Positions 1-9,586 of a stretch of DNA of 64,000 nt are shown here, in pieces. The notes beneath the pieces are model-generated. The model saw only the letters and a program-made list of their open reading frames with translations, had not been told where the DNA came from and ran no database searches. The DNA lies in sequence record FJ373894. The stretch is one strand, 5' to 3'. A program made the position numbers and the translations under genes. Position 1 is the stretch's first letter. Every line of letters begins with the position of its first letter. Source of the DNA: Shigella phage Ag3.

Positions 1-14
1 TGTTGTTCCTCTTG

Positions 15-371
15 TTAAGATCTCATGCCTTGTGGGATCAGATTAGCCCCACGGCGGCGTAAAAAGAAGTTTACGATGGAGTGATATTGGAACTTCGGGA
101 TGATCTCTACACCGTCTTCCGTCGTATACCATTCCACTGTGTTGGTGCGCACTGGAAGGGGGAATGACGGCAGATCCAGCTGTACGAGTTCACCCTCTTG
201 GCAGATCATGCCGATGCCATATTCCTCCCAGATTTTACGATTGTCAAAGAACTCCAGAGTCTGCTCCGGACTCAGCTCAATCGCTTGTTTGGTGTGGCAC
301 ACCTGTTTGGCGGCCTGCACCAGGCCAGCCATAAAATCATTGTGTAACATGATGTGCTCCTGGTTTAACAT
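15..371 (-). CDS. hypothetical protein
   Basis: 118-aa ORF co-oriented with and directly downstream of the helicase gene; no recognisable motif. Confidence 0.4.
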   Translation of the reverse strand: MLNQEHIMLHNDFMAGLVQAAKQVCHTKQAIELSPEQTLEFFDNRKIWEEYGIGMICQEGELVQLDLPSFPLPVRTNTVEWYTTEDGVEIIPKFQYHSIVNFFLRRRGANLIPQGMRS

Positions 372-412
372 TCAGATCATAGAATTATACCCTATGACCC
401 ACGGTATTGAAT

Positions 413-1846
413 TTAACCGAAATTCCAATTATTGACTGTTTGGGCTTTCTGCTCATCGCTCGCCGCCGAACCTGACTTGTTGAGGTCATGTTTGATGTGT
501 ACATTCTCAACATATTTGGCCTCAGCCTCAGTCAGGTCCTTCTTAACTTCATTCCAGTCCAGGTCAAACAGGATCTGTTTGTCTTGGTCCATACCAAACA
601 GGAATGACTTGAGCTTCTGCTTGTTGGCATAACGGTTCTTGAGTATTGAGGCTCGGGCTTTCTTGACCGCCGCCAGTTCGTCAGGAGCATAGAATGCCAT
701 GATGAAGTCGGCCACCTTCGGGATACCGATAGCATCTGCCAGATCACTGATTCCACCGTCAGTGCTATTCTGATTCTCACGGTTGAACTGCATACCAGTC
801 CATACAGGGACATCAAACTCAAATCCCAGCGCACGAAACTCACGAGCCACAGACGTGTAATAGACGTTCGTGTTCTGCATCAGGTGGGCAGGCAGGCGCG
901 AGGAAGCAGCTTCACCAAGGTAGTCAATGATGATGACGTCAGGGGCGCGGCCTGTTGCTTGGATGTACTCAAGGATGTCGCGGCGGAATAAACCTGTGTG
1001 CCCAGCGCCGGACGGATATTCCTTGATGACGATATCACCCTTGGGTGCACCATCTTGGCGACTGCGGAGCTTCTCTATCGTGGCGATGTACTCGTGCCTT
1101 GTGAGTTTCTCTAAAGACTCAAAGTCGCGACGCATGATACGGGCATCAAGACGGTGTCGCCAGACGTTCTCGGCCACTTCGAGGGTGAATACAAAGACGT
1201 TCAGCCCCTGCTCCGAGTACCCTGCGGTCAGGTCAATCAGCGTTGTGGTCTTACCTGCGTTGATCGCGCCTGTTACGATGTTCAGTGTCTTCTTACCAAC
1301 GCCGCCGCGCGTCGCCTTGTTGAAGATCTCAACCGCGAACGGGATCTTGGCCTCGTTGGAGTTCATATGGTCATACTGCTCTGCCGCCATCTCCCAATAG
1401 ATGTGGCCGAGGTATGAATCAAACCGGATCGCCAGGGCTTCCTGCAACAGGGTCGGGATGTTGTTCATCTCGTCCTTGCGCTTCTCATCCCCATAGATGT
1501 TGACGGCGGTCTTGATTGCGTTATGTACAGCCTTTTGCCGCGCCCAGGTCTCTGTTTCCTTCGCCAGCCACTCTTCATTGAAGGTGTTGTCGTTGATGTT
1601 CTCCAGGGCAGATACCGCCTGGTCAAACACATATTCGTTCAGCTTTGTCCGTTCAAGAATGATAGACAGTGCTTCGATAGACGGGCGGGCATTGTACTCT
1701 GCGGCATAACTGTCAATCAGGCCAAAGATAACCTTTTCGCCTTCGTTGTCAAAATAATCGGCTTTCAGGTACGGCAGGATCTTTCTTTGATAATCTTCAT
1801 TGTAAATCAACTGTGAAAGCACGACAGATTCGAGTAACATTGGCAA
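413..1846 (-). CDS. 41: replicative DNA helicase (DnaB-like, T4 gp41 homolog)
   Basis: 477 aa; Walker A GAINAGKTT, Walker B IIIDYLG, DnaB-type C-terminal RecA fold; sits in the uvsX-40-41 order seen in T4. Confidence 0.9.
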   Translation of the reverse strand: MPMLLESVVLSQLIYNEDYQRKILPYLKADYFDNEGEKVIFGLIDSYAAEYNARPSIEALSIILERTKLNEYVFDQAVSALENINDNTFNEEWLAKETETWARQKAVHNAIKTAVNIYGDEKRKDEMNNIPTLLQEALAIRFDSYLGHIYWEMAAEQYDHMNSNEAKIPFAVEIFNKATRGGVGKKTLNIVTGAINAGKTTTLIDLTAGYSEQGLNVFVFTLEVAENVWRHRLDARIMRRDFESLEKLTRHEYIATIEKLRSRQDGAPKGDIVIKEYPSGAGHTGLFRRDILEYIQATGRAPDVIIIDYLGEAASSRLPAHLMQNTNVYYTSVAREFRALGFEFDVPVWTGMQFNRENQNSTDGGISDLADAIGIPKVADFIMAFYAPDELAAVKKARASILKNRYANKQKLKSFLFGMDQDKQILFDLDWNEVKKDLTEAEAKYVENVHIKHDLNKSGSAASDEQKAQTVNNWNFG

Positions 1847-2176
1847 CTACCCCACCAAAAATTTATTGTATTCCTGAGCATTACGCTGCATGAGGGTTAC
1901 AAGGATATCCCCTGTCACCTCAGTGAACAAGTCATTTTCTTTCAAATTCACAAACATCAGACGTAATGGTTTCTTCAATATATCGGTCACGAAAGACAGG
2001 CGGGGTTCGCCGTCCACTTCGTTGATGGCAACCTTGCCGAACCGGAATTGAACGCCACGGAATTTGCCAGAAGTGATCTTGATGATCGCCAGCTGATCAG
2101 CACCAGGGTCGATGATTGTGTAGTTATTGGGGGAGTTGCCTCCCCCTCCGTTGTCACTCGGATGTGTTGATAACAT
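1847..2176 (-). CDS. hypothetical protein at the position of T4 gene 40
   Basis: small ORF between uvsX and the helicase gene, stop abuts helicase ATG; Gly-rich segment; start taken at internal Met. Confidence 0.4.
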   Translation of the reverse strand: MLSTHPSDNGGGGNSPNNYTIIDPGADQLAIIKITSGKFRGVQFRFGKVAINEVDGEPRLSFVTDILKKPLRLMFVNLKENDLFTEVTGDILVTLMQRNAQEYNKFLVG

Positions 2177-3239
2177 GGTCCATTTGCTCCAGCATGTTCG
2201 CAGGCATAACAGTACCGTTAGAAACACCGAACATCTTCTTCACGTCATCGGCGAAGTCGACATTCTCCAGCAGCGGATACCAGAAATCATCATCCATCTG
2301 ACGCTTCTGATATTTCTTTTCCTTCTCAGGATCGAAGCCGCCCTTGGCTGTACGCACATACCAGCCGGAAGACGGCATATCAACGTAACCCAGAGCACGA
2401 GCGATCTCAAGTAGACCGCTCCAACGGTCAATACCGCCGTCGTACAGCACTGTCACAGGGAGTTTGGCTTTCTCTTTGACATGGCGACCTTTCATGATGC
2501 CGATGTTGAAGTTCCAGCCCAGCAGATCTTTGTCTTCCTTCACCTGAGAACGGGTGATGAACCAGATCAGGTTAGACGACAGGAAGCCCTGCTTGCCGCC
2601 TTTGATGTTAGGCTCGGCATACTGGTTGCCGATCTCGTCATAGTAGGAGTTGATCCACACCAGCACGAGGTCTTTGCTGTTGATTTCAGGAGTGATGACG
2701 CGCCAGAAGCTGTTGAGGGCACGGGCACGGGTCATGTCTTGGGTGTCGTTGCCTTTGATCGCATCTTCAACTTCCTTAGTGGAGGGAAGCTGGCTGATAG
2801 AGTCAATAAAGATGATGACATGGTCACCCTTCTTAACTTCCTGAAGGATTTGTAGTAGGCGGATCTTAGTCTGCTCAACGTTGTCAATCGGTACGTACAG
2901 GACGCGGTCCATGTCAATGCCCATGGAGGTCCAGTAATCGGCGTTGGCACCTTTTTCCGAATCCGCGAAGATACACAGGGCATCAGGGAACTTGTCCATG
3001 TACGCCTTGACATCTACCAGACCGAACATCGTTTTGAAGGTACGGGAATCACCCACCATCATCTTGATACCGGAGATCAGGCCACCGTCAATACGCCCAG
3101 ACCAGGCGATGTCGATCAGGGGAATACCAGTAGAACAGATGATAGACGGTTCCAGCGCGTCGGATTGGGACAGCACTGAAGCCTGGTCGTCATGTTTCTT
3201 GGCAACCTTCAGCATGCGGTCCATTAATGAACTGGCCAT
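2154..3239 (-). CDS. uvsX: UvsX recombinase (RecA family)
   Basis: 361 aa; strong similarity to T4 UvsX core (atypical Walker A GDSRTFKT, FIDSIS Walker B, DMTRA, KLPVTVLYDGGID); upstream of gene 41 as in T4. Confidence 0.85.
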   Translation of the reverse strand: MASSLMDRMLKVAKKHDDQASVLSQSDALEPSIICSTGIPLIDIAWSGRIDGGLISGIKMMVGDSRTFKTMFGLVDVKAYMDKFPDALCIFADSEKGANADYWTSMGIDMDRVLYVPIDNVEQTKIRLLQILQEVKKGDHVIIFIDSISQLPSTKEVEDAIKGNDTQDMTRARALNSFWRVITPEINSKDLVLVWINSYYDEIGNQYAEPNIKGGKQGFLSSNLIWFITRSQVKEDKDLLGWNFNIGIMKGRHVKEKAKLPVTVLYDGGIDRWSGLLEIARALGYVDMPSSGWYVRTAKGGFDPEKEKKYQKRQMDDDFWYPLLENVDFADDVKKMFGVSNGTVMPANMLEQMDHVINTSE

Positions 3240-3766
3240 TTCACTTCCTCTTTATTGTTGATCGTCGTTAATAATTCTACACCCATAACCTTCTGGGACA
3301 AAATGTTAACCGCCTCTTGGATGCTCTTCAGGGACATCATCTCAACAGGAGACGGTGCGTCATTATGTCGGTCGGTTAGGTACATATTGCGCAGATTGTT
3401 GTAGTTCGTGCGGTTGATGCACGCAGCGTTCAGCGCAATATTCAGGATATACATCATCTGTTCAATGGTTACATCCTTCGGCATGGCGTGGATGTAATAG
3501 ATCGAGCCTTCGAAGTAGACGTCCACCAGTTCATCTGGTATCTCGACGCCACCACTGGCATACTCTTCGATCATCCTGAACAGAGACTCTGGTTGCTCGC
3601 TGGCGATCTTATGCGTGACAGTCGCCGAAAGACCATCACCCAGTTTAACAGGCCTGGTGTATTCAGTGAGGAATACATTATGACCGCCGCCGATGATGTG
3701 CTCGGCGAAATTAGCGGATGCGTTCGCCGCGTTGTCTGCATGATATGAAACGACGACTGTAAACAT
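3224..3766 (-). CDS. hypothetical protein
   Basis: 180-aa ORF co-oriented in operon-like array; no recognised motif. Confidence 0.45.
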   Translation of the reverse strand: MFTVVVSYHADNAANASANFAEHIIGGGHNVFLTEYTRPVKLGDGLSATVTHKIASEQPESLFRMIEEYASGGVEIPDELVDVYFEGSIYYIHAMPKDVTIEQMMYILNIALNAACINRTNYNNLRNMYLTDRHNDAPSPVEMMSLKSIQEAVNILSQKVMGVELLTTINNKEEVKWPVH

Positions 3767-4320
3767 TAGAACTCCAGGGTCAGAGGGGTTTCTGTGGACT
3801 TGTCGTAATCCGCGCCGCCAGCAGCACGCAGACGATTGCGATCGTTCTTGCGCTTGTGTGCCAGCATGTAAGTCTCAATATCGATCTCCATGTAAGAACA
3901 CGCAGCCGACAGGAAGAACATGAGGGTCTCGACACAAGGTTCGTTCATGAACTGCCCAAGGCGATACGTCACACCGCGATGCCCAACAGCACCCAAAGCA
4001 GATGGGGTGAATTCGCGACCACCGAGGATTTCGAATTCTTCTTCGATCTCGCCTTTGGTGCGGTCCATAAGGATGAAGCACAGCATGAAGTGTACCACGT
4101 CCACCAGTTCATAGACTGCGTTCGCATGGTGAAACCCGACGTCGTTGCCATAGACCTTCCAGTCGCGACTGGTTTCGTCAAGGAACTCTGCCCATTCACG
4201 ATAGATGGAGTTGATGACTGCGTTCTGACTCCATACATTCTTCCACTCTTCCCCAAAGTAGGCCACGTTGGTGGCCTTTTGGAGTTCGAGCAGGCTTTTG
4301 ATATGCCCTGCTGTGATCAT
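3766..4320 (-). CDS. all-alpha NTP pyrophosphohydrolase (dimeric dUTPase/dCTPase, MazG-like)
   Basis: 184 aa; acidic helical motifs (EEW..W, EFLDE, HF) typical of dimeric dUTPase/MazG fold; adjacent to nucleotide-metabolism genes. Confidence 0.45.
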   Translation of the reverse strand: MITAGHIKSLLELQKATNVAYFGEEWKNVWSQNAVINSIYREWAEFLDETSRDWKVYGNDVGFHHANAVYELVDVVHFMLCFILMDRTKGEIEEEFEILGGREFTPSALGAVGHRGVTYRLGQFMNEPCVETLMFFLSAACSYMEIDIETYMLAHKRKNDRNRLRAAGGADYDKSTETPLTLEF

Positions 4321-4886
4321 TTACGTTCTCCGTAGAATTTAACGAACGGTGCCCAACCATCAAATGGATTGAGGAATTCGTAGTCCACTTCCATCTTGTC
4401 AATGAAAGCCTCTATATCGTCCTCTATGATACCAGCGCGGTCGGCCTTTGAAATGCGGGTGATAGGACATTTCGTACTCAGCGCCCATTCATATTCCTGA
4501 GGGGTACGCAGGTCACTCACGATGTAATGGACGTGAGGGTTCTGCTCTACCAGAGGAAGCTGGAAGCGCTTGAAGAACGCCAGGAACAGATCGGGCTGTA
4601 CATAACGCAAGCCCGTATCGCTGCCGAGATGGAGCCAGATCTGCCTTGGGGTTAAGCCCTTGGGGTTATCAGGGTGGACGTAAGGAACGTCCTTCACGGC
4701 ATCCTCTACCTCCGCTGGCAGCCATGGGTAGATGTAGTTGGCAACCCGGCGCAGTTCGTCTGAGAAAGAAAGACGCTGGATATCCATATCGCCCTGTAGA
4801 TGGTGATAGCTGATGAGGGACTCCAAACAGAAGTCCTTACCGGAGCGCTTGCGCCCCGTAAAGAATTCGAGGTTCGGGTACATCAT
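4317..4886 (-). CDS. 1: deoxynucleoside monophosphate kinase (T4 gp1-like)
   Basis: 189 aa; N-terminal P-loop FTGRKRSGKD matching T4 gp1 GVKRSGKD motif. Confidence 0.7.
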   Translation of the reverse strand: MMYPNLEFFTGRKRSGKDFCLESLISYHHLQGDMDIQRLSFSDELRRVANYIYPWLPAEVEDAVKDVPYVHPDNPKGLTPRQIWLHLGSDTGLRYVQPDLFLAFFKRFQLPLVEQNPHVHYIVSDLRTPQEYEWALSTKCPITRISKADRAGIIEDDIEAFIDKMEVDYEFLNPFDGWAPFVKFYGERK

Positions 4887-5932
4887 ACCACACCTTCCAG
4901 GAACTTAGGATCAACAATCTTGCGGTCAACTGGAGAATGGGTGAGCGCAATGTTCAAACCATGATCCTGAATCCGGTTCATGTTGATGAGCTTATCGTTC
5001 AGTTTGCAGTACAGGCAGTATGCCATTTGCATGATCAAGCCACGATCAGCATCATATTCCTTCAGGTGAGCAACCAAAGTTTCCCACGGGCTACCGATAT
5101 CACAATGATGGAGCACACCAGTGAACAGATTGCGGATATGGTTCTGGTTGGTCACGTTCTTGAAGTGAATCATGGAGTTGATGAACCCAGCTTCTACTTT
5201 GGTGTCCTTCGTGATCTTGCCCAGCTGCTTCTGGCTGACTTCATTGTTGTAGTAATGAAGATTGTTGGAGAAGAGCTTGTACTGGCCGACATCAACATCC
5301 AGCACCTGAGCAATCACTTCCTGAAGAATAGAGAACTCAATGAAGTTGATTGAACTCATCCCCCACAGAACATCCTGTGAGCGGTTGATGACCGTCAGGT
5401 TCAGGCGACCGTCAACGATGGCGAACAACAGAGCCAGGTTACACACCATGTCTTTAGTCTTCGCTTCGCCACTCTCGCTGAACTTCGCCAGGCCAGCATC
5501 TGAATCCAGAGCCGGATCATAGATGGTGAGGTACGCCTGACGGGTGTTTGGGTTCTTGCGCAGGCGGTTGATGACGCTATCCAGCTGGCCATGGGCGTAC
5601 AGACGCGGACCATAAGCGGCTCGCCATGTTACCCCATCATCCGAAAAGTTAGCAGCGCGAGGCAATACGCGTGACAGGAACTTTATGTCGTTGCGGCCTG
5701 ACAACACCCAGAAGGTCTCCCCAATAGCTGCGATAGCCGATGAGTTGCGACCTTCAACGGAGAGCCAGCGGTCACGAATATCGGAAACAGTGATCGTCAC
5801 ACCATCAAGGAATCGGGTGCCGTCCGTGTTGATCTCCGCGTTACCAGGGTCCGACTCAATTCCGTATTCGCGGATAGCCAAGACAGCCTGCTTCAGCATG
5901 TCATTGTTGTTAATTGCTTTGATTTCCATCAA
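4883..5932 (-). CDS. thymidylate synthase-family pyrimidine C5 methylase/hydroxymethylase
   Basis: 349 aa; TS-fold motifs (RQAYLTIYDP, catalytic Cys in KDMVCN, RSQDV...SINF with Asn at the pyrimidine-specificity position); longer than canonical ThyA and Cys-Asn replaces Pro-Cys-His. Confidence 0.75.
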   Translation of the reverse strand: MMEIKAINNNDMLKQAVLAIREYGIESDPGNAEINTDGTRFLDGVTITVSDIRDRWLSVEGRNSSAIAAIGETFWVLSGRNDIKFLSRVLPRAANFSDDGVTWRAAYGPRLYAHGQLDSVINRLRKNPNTRQAYLTIYDPALDSDAGLAKFSESGEAKTKDMVCNLALLFAIVDGRLNLTVINRSQDVLWGMSSINFIEFSILQEVIAQVLDVDVGQYKLFSNNLHYYNNEVSQKQLGKITKDTKVEAGFINSMIHFKNVTNQNHIRNLFTGVLHHCDIGSPWETLVAHLKEYDADRGLIMQMAYCLYCKLNDKLINMNRIQDHGLNIALTHSPVDRKIVDPKFLEGVV

Positions 5933-6603
5933 TCAATACTCCCAAAATCACGACAGAGGAATGCCATTACAGCCTGGTCTACTGTTAGACCGTGAGACTT
6001 CATCATACCTGCGGCCACCGTAGGGAACAAGCCTTTATGGCGCTGGCGATGGTCTTGAACACGCTCCCACTTCTCTACCACGAGGCTCTCATTGAAGTCC
6101 GCACCGCCGTTGCGTGATTTCACACGGGCGATGCACGTTTCAAGAGGGGTGTCCATGAAGAGAACAACCAGTTCGCGCGGTGGGCGCGTCAGGCGGGGGA
6201 TCCAGGAACTCAGTAGAGTTGAAGGGATGATGCCTTCGAAGATCACATCGTATACCTGATATTCAGGTAGATCAGCGATGCTCAGGGCGAAGAGCATTTG
6301 TTCAGTGTCCTTCAGTGAATCAACCCCCTTGGACTTTGACTTGTCATATTTGCCGATACACACCACGTTGAATGACGGGCAGACCGTCAACATAATCTTG
6401 CCGTCATGTGTCACAACATACGCCTGAGGATCCCTCTCCGCCAGCTGAGACGGTACGGTGGATTTGCCGCTACCATTGGAGCCTTTGACGTAATAGAGTT
6501 GCCCTCGTGCTGGGTAGATCCCCTTTACGACGGGTGGTTTAATGAATGTGTGGACGGGGCGCTTGAGCAACCCCTTGAGGGAGTAGGACATAGACTGCTC
6601 CAA
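5929..6603 (-). CDS. P-loop kinase (nucleotide/nucleic acid kinase family)
   Basis: 224 aa; Walker A GSNGSGKST; immediately downstream of the TS-family gene. Confidence 0.55.
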   Translation of the reverse strand: MEQSMSYSLKGLLKRPVHTFIKPPVVKGIYPARGQLYYVKGSNGSGKSTVPSQLAERDPQAYVVTHDGKIMLTVCPSFNVVCIGKYDKSKSKGVDSLKDTEQMLFALSIADLPEYQVYDVIFEGIIPSTLLSSWIPRLTRPPRELVVLFMDTPLETCIARVKSRNGGADFNESLVVEKWERVQDHRQRHKGLFPTVAAGMMKSHGLTVDQAVMAFLCRDFGSID

Positions 6604-6665
6604 TAAACAAAAGGAGCTGCTATTATAGCAGCCCCTTCATCTATTGAACAGCTTCTGAACTTAAA

Positions 6666-7532
6666 TTACGCGGCGGCTTTCGCTTCGGCCAGCGCCTGAG
6701 GCAACCATGCGTTGATTGCTTTGACCAGAGACTCAGCATCGGCCTCTTTGATCTTCTGGCGTTTGGTGAAGGACTTGCCGTTCACGTACAGACTGAAGCC
6801 CCAGCCGCCGGAAACGATAGGCGCGACGTCAACGTATGTGTTGGTGCGGGCGTGCAGGTTTTCAGGGTTGGCCAGTTCGGTGACCGGGAACTGGAACCAG
6901 CGCATGTCTGGGTTCACGTAGCTCAGGAACACACCTGGGACAACTCCTGCTTCAATCGCAGCCAAGACCGGACCGTGGGTAGATGCACGGGCGGCGTCAA
7001 CCATTTCTTCACGTTTGGTATGACGGCGTTTACGCTCTTCCAGCGCCGCCTGCGGGGTCAGGGTCTTACCCTTCGCCGCTTCTTTCAGCATAGAAGACGC
7101 CAGGGAACCTACTTTCGCGTCGGACGGCTGATTACCTTCTTCCAGCGCTGCGTTGACTGCGTCTTTAACCGCGTCTACCGGGGCGTCAGACACTGGGGCT
7201 TCACCTGCGTCGGCGTTACCAGCACCAGCGGTTGCGTCGGCAGAGATCGGCGCTTCAGCATCAACGGTTTCAGCGTCTTTCAGGGATACTTCAGCGTGGG
7301 CTTGCTCTTGGGCTTGCGCCAGAGCCTGCTGAGTTTCTTCCTTCTCTTCAGCGCTCAGACCTTCAATCAGTTCGAAGCCGTTGGCGGACTGAAGAACGCC
7401 TTCCACCATACGGCGCAGGGTAACGTTGCCGATCATCAGGCCTGCTTCTTTGATTTCAGCCTGGATAGCAGTAACGTCTTTGCCTTCAATTTCAATTTTG
7501 GTACCAGAATCTACATGAAGAATATATGACAT
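6666..7532 (-). CDS. hypothetical protein with acidic Ala/Glu-rich low-complexity linker
   Basis: ORF 6666..7634; likely start at internal Met (MSYILHV); central A/E/D-rich region. Confidence 0.45.
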   Translation of the reverse strand: MSYILHVDSGTKIEIEGKDVTAIQAEIKEAGLMIGNVTLRRMVEGVLQSANGFELIEGLSAEEKEETQQALAQAQEQAHAEVSLKDAETVDAEAPISADATAGAGNADAGEAPVSDAPVDAVKDAVNAALEEGNQPSDAKVGSLASSMLKEAAKGKTLTPQAALEERKRRHTKREEMVDAARASTHGPVLAAIEAGVVPGVFLSYVNPDMRWFQFPVTELANPENLHARTNTYVDVAPIVSGGWGFSLYVNGKSFTKRQKIKEADAESLVKAINAWLPQALAEAKAAA

Positions 7533-7708
7533 AATAAAAACCCTTTCGTTATTAAGACCGTCTTCGCGGCATATTGCTGTTCTGACTGTGTAGTGAGAAC
7601 ATAATATACTGCATTTTTCATAAATGTAAACCACTTTTTATTGAAAAGAAGTTTACACCTTAGTGTTACATGGTGCCCCGCCAAGCGGAGCGCGAACTTG
7701 CGTGAATA

Positions 7709-8002
7709 TTAACTTTCTACGTCAATATTGAAAACCATTTCCGGCGGCCAACAAGTTGTTAGCTCGACTTTTGCGAACCGTGGTTGGCAGTACGCATCAA
7801 CTGACTCATCAAACAGACAGTGTTCTACATTTGCGACCATCAGATCATCATCCAGCACTTCAACAGAATGGACAATGATCTTGTGGTCATACGTCAGGCA
7901 ACCGTCTAAATGCATGTTGTCGGCGCGGAGGTGTTGCATGATGAAATACTCTATGATCGACTCAAGGACAGTCGTCATCTTCAGATAACGTTTCATACAC
8001 AC
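7709..8002 (-). CDS. hypothetical protein
   Basis: 97-aa ORF, co-oriented, flanked by intergenic AT-rich region. Confidence 0.35.
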   Translation of the reverse strand: MCMKRYLKMTTVLESIIEYFIMQHLRADNMHLDGCLTYDHKIIVHSVEVLDDDLMVANVEHCLFDESVDAYCQPRFAKVELTTCWPPEMVFNIDVES

Positions 8003-8016
8003 CTCTCACAGTGGGG

Positions 8017-8766
8017 TTATTTGGACAGGTAGAAGTTTGGAACTTCAGGGAAATGCTCTGGTAGATATTCCCCCAGAATATCCTGCTTCACCTTCCCTTC
8101 GATATCTTCGCGGATCCGACGAATTACGTCTTCCTGTTGTTCTATCGCCATCACTTCTTCCATAGCGGAGTACAAGTTGTCTAGAATGACACCTACGTAG
8201 TTGTGGATGGCACGACAGGAGTTCTGGTCATACTCCATATCTGGATGAATCGCCAGGTCGACCTGATCACGCCCTACCAGCAGATGCCCAGACACCAGAT
8301 TTATCGGGTATTGGAATACTTCACCAGATTTGACAGCAACCCCGTCGGCTTGCTTCAGCAGGAATTCGGTTTCAGAGAAGCGTTCAAGTAGTTCCGATGG
8401 GAATACCATATCGAGATTCTGACGCTTGCGACTAAAGAAGTACAGACAATGCGCCAGTTTCAGGCATGCATCGGTAGCCATCTTCATGTGTGCTTTAGCG
8501 TGTTCATAACCAGCGATCACATCACGGACATAATCGTACAGGTCGGCATGACCAAAACGGATGTCCTCTTCGAAGCGGATTGCCGCCTCGCTGTCTGATT
8601 TCAAACCCAGCACGTCAAAGATGTTGTGTTCACGGACGGATCTGCCTTTGCGATCAAAGCCCAGAACACAACCGACTTCGAATCCACTCTTTTCAAAATT
8701 TGGGAGTTTCATATCAAGGCGAGCTGGGGTGAATTCCAACCCGAACATACGATAAAATTGTGACAT
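8017..8766 (-). CDS. hypothetical protein
   Basis: 249-aa ORF; ATG at 8764-8766; GC hairpin just upstream. Confidence 0.5.
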   Translation of the reverse strand: MSQFYRMFGLEFTPARLDMKLPNFEKSGFEVGCVLGFDRKGRSVREHNIFDVLGLKSDSEAAIRFEEDIRFGHADLYDYVRDVIAGYEHAKAHMKMATDACLKLAHCLYFFSRKRQNLDMVFPSELLERFSETEFLLKQADGVAVKSGEVFQYPINLVSGHLLVGRDQVDLAIHPDMEYDQNSCRAIHNYVGVILDNLYSAMEEVMAIEQQEDVIRRIREDIEGKVKQDILGEYLPEHFPEVPNFYLSK

Positions 8767-8790
8767 GTTATAGCCTCATTGTTTAGGTTT

Positions 8791-8821
8791 ACCCGTTCAC
8801 GAATTATCCCTCGGAACGGGT
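8791..8821 (-). terminator. intergenic stem-loop
   Basis: ACCCGTTC / GAACGGGT 8-bp stem with 15-nt loop between genes 8829..9533 and 8017..8766. Confidence 0.4.
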
Positions 8822-8828
8822 TATAGAA

Positions 8829-9533
8829 CTATTTCTTCTTATGCATCCGACGCGCATCTTTCCAAACAGACATCTGACTCTGTTTCTGGAAGCGAGCGGT
8901 GCGCATGAAGAGGACGATCTCCCAGTACTGTGGCTCGATCTCATAGAGCTGAGTTCGGAAGCGGTCGGCGCGGTACAATTTCACACAGTGATTGTACAGC
9001 GGGTGGTTGGCGAACCGCTTCAGAGCATCCCAAGTGAGCTTCAGTCGCGTCTTTGAGCGGTACGCCCGTTCGTTGCGCAACTTGATGAGATCTTCGAACA
9101 CTAACAGCCTGAGCTTCGGTGGCAGGTAATGCATGTTCAGTCCCCAGAGGTATGTCACGCCCTTCTCTCCAAAGGTGATCCCATCACCCTGAGCGAAGTT
9201 GAAGAAGAACACCAGAGGATACATATCCCAGTACGGCAGTTCGTCCTTCGTCAGAGCGTCGTATTTGAAATAGAACATGCGCCCGACCATATACCGCACA
9301 CCCTGTACGGGGCGCTTGTGATCAGCGAACGCCTGTTTCATATGGTTGGGAGTCAGGTTGGCGTCCTTAGACACACGCTCCATGAACCACACATGCGAAC
9401 GGCGGATGTTGCGCTTCGCCTCTGGACCGAAGTGTTGGCGGTACTTTCGGATGTATCGCTTGACGAGTTCAGGGGCGTCCATCTCGGCCGGAAACAGCAA
9501 CGGATCTTCTTCGCCAGCTGCATTCTTTGCCAT
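8829..9533 (-). CDS. hypothetical protein
   Basis: 234-aa basic protein; ATG at 9531-9533. Confidence 0.5.
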   Translation of the reverse strand: MAKNAAGEEDPLLFPAEMDAPELVKRYIRKYRQHFGPEAKRNIRRSHVWFMERVSKDANLTPNHMKQAFADHKRPVQGVRYMVGRMFYFKYDALTKDELPYWDMYPLVFFFNFAQGDGITFGEKGVTYLWGLNMHYLPPKLRLLVFEDLIKLRNERAYRSKTRLKLTWDALKRFANHPLYNHCVKLYRADRFRTQLYEIEPQYWEIVLFMRTARFQKQSQMSVWKDARRMHKKK

Positions 9534-9544
9534 TTGTCAACTCC

Positions 9545-9552
9545 TATAAATA
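9545..9552 (+). promoter_or_regulatory. T4-type late promoter box TATAAATA
   Basis: exact TATAAATA about 35 nt upstream of the 9587 GTG start, with GGAG RBS. Confidence 0.5.
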
Positions 9553-9586
9553 ACAACAGTTATCTTATTTAAGTGGAGTCCTCACC

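Noticed and set aside
100-435. Short overlapping ORFs in alternative frames throughout (e.g. 100..435, 927..1400, 6852..7529, 53391..54281)
   Set aside because: Each overlaps a longer, motif-supported or operon-consistent gene on the other strand or frame; treated as spurious.
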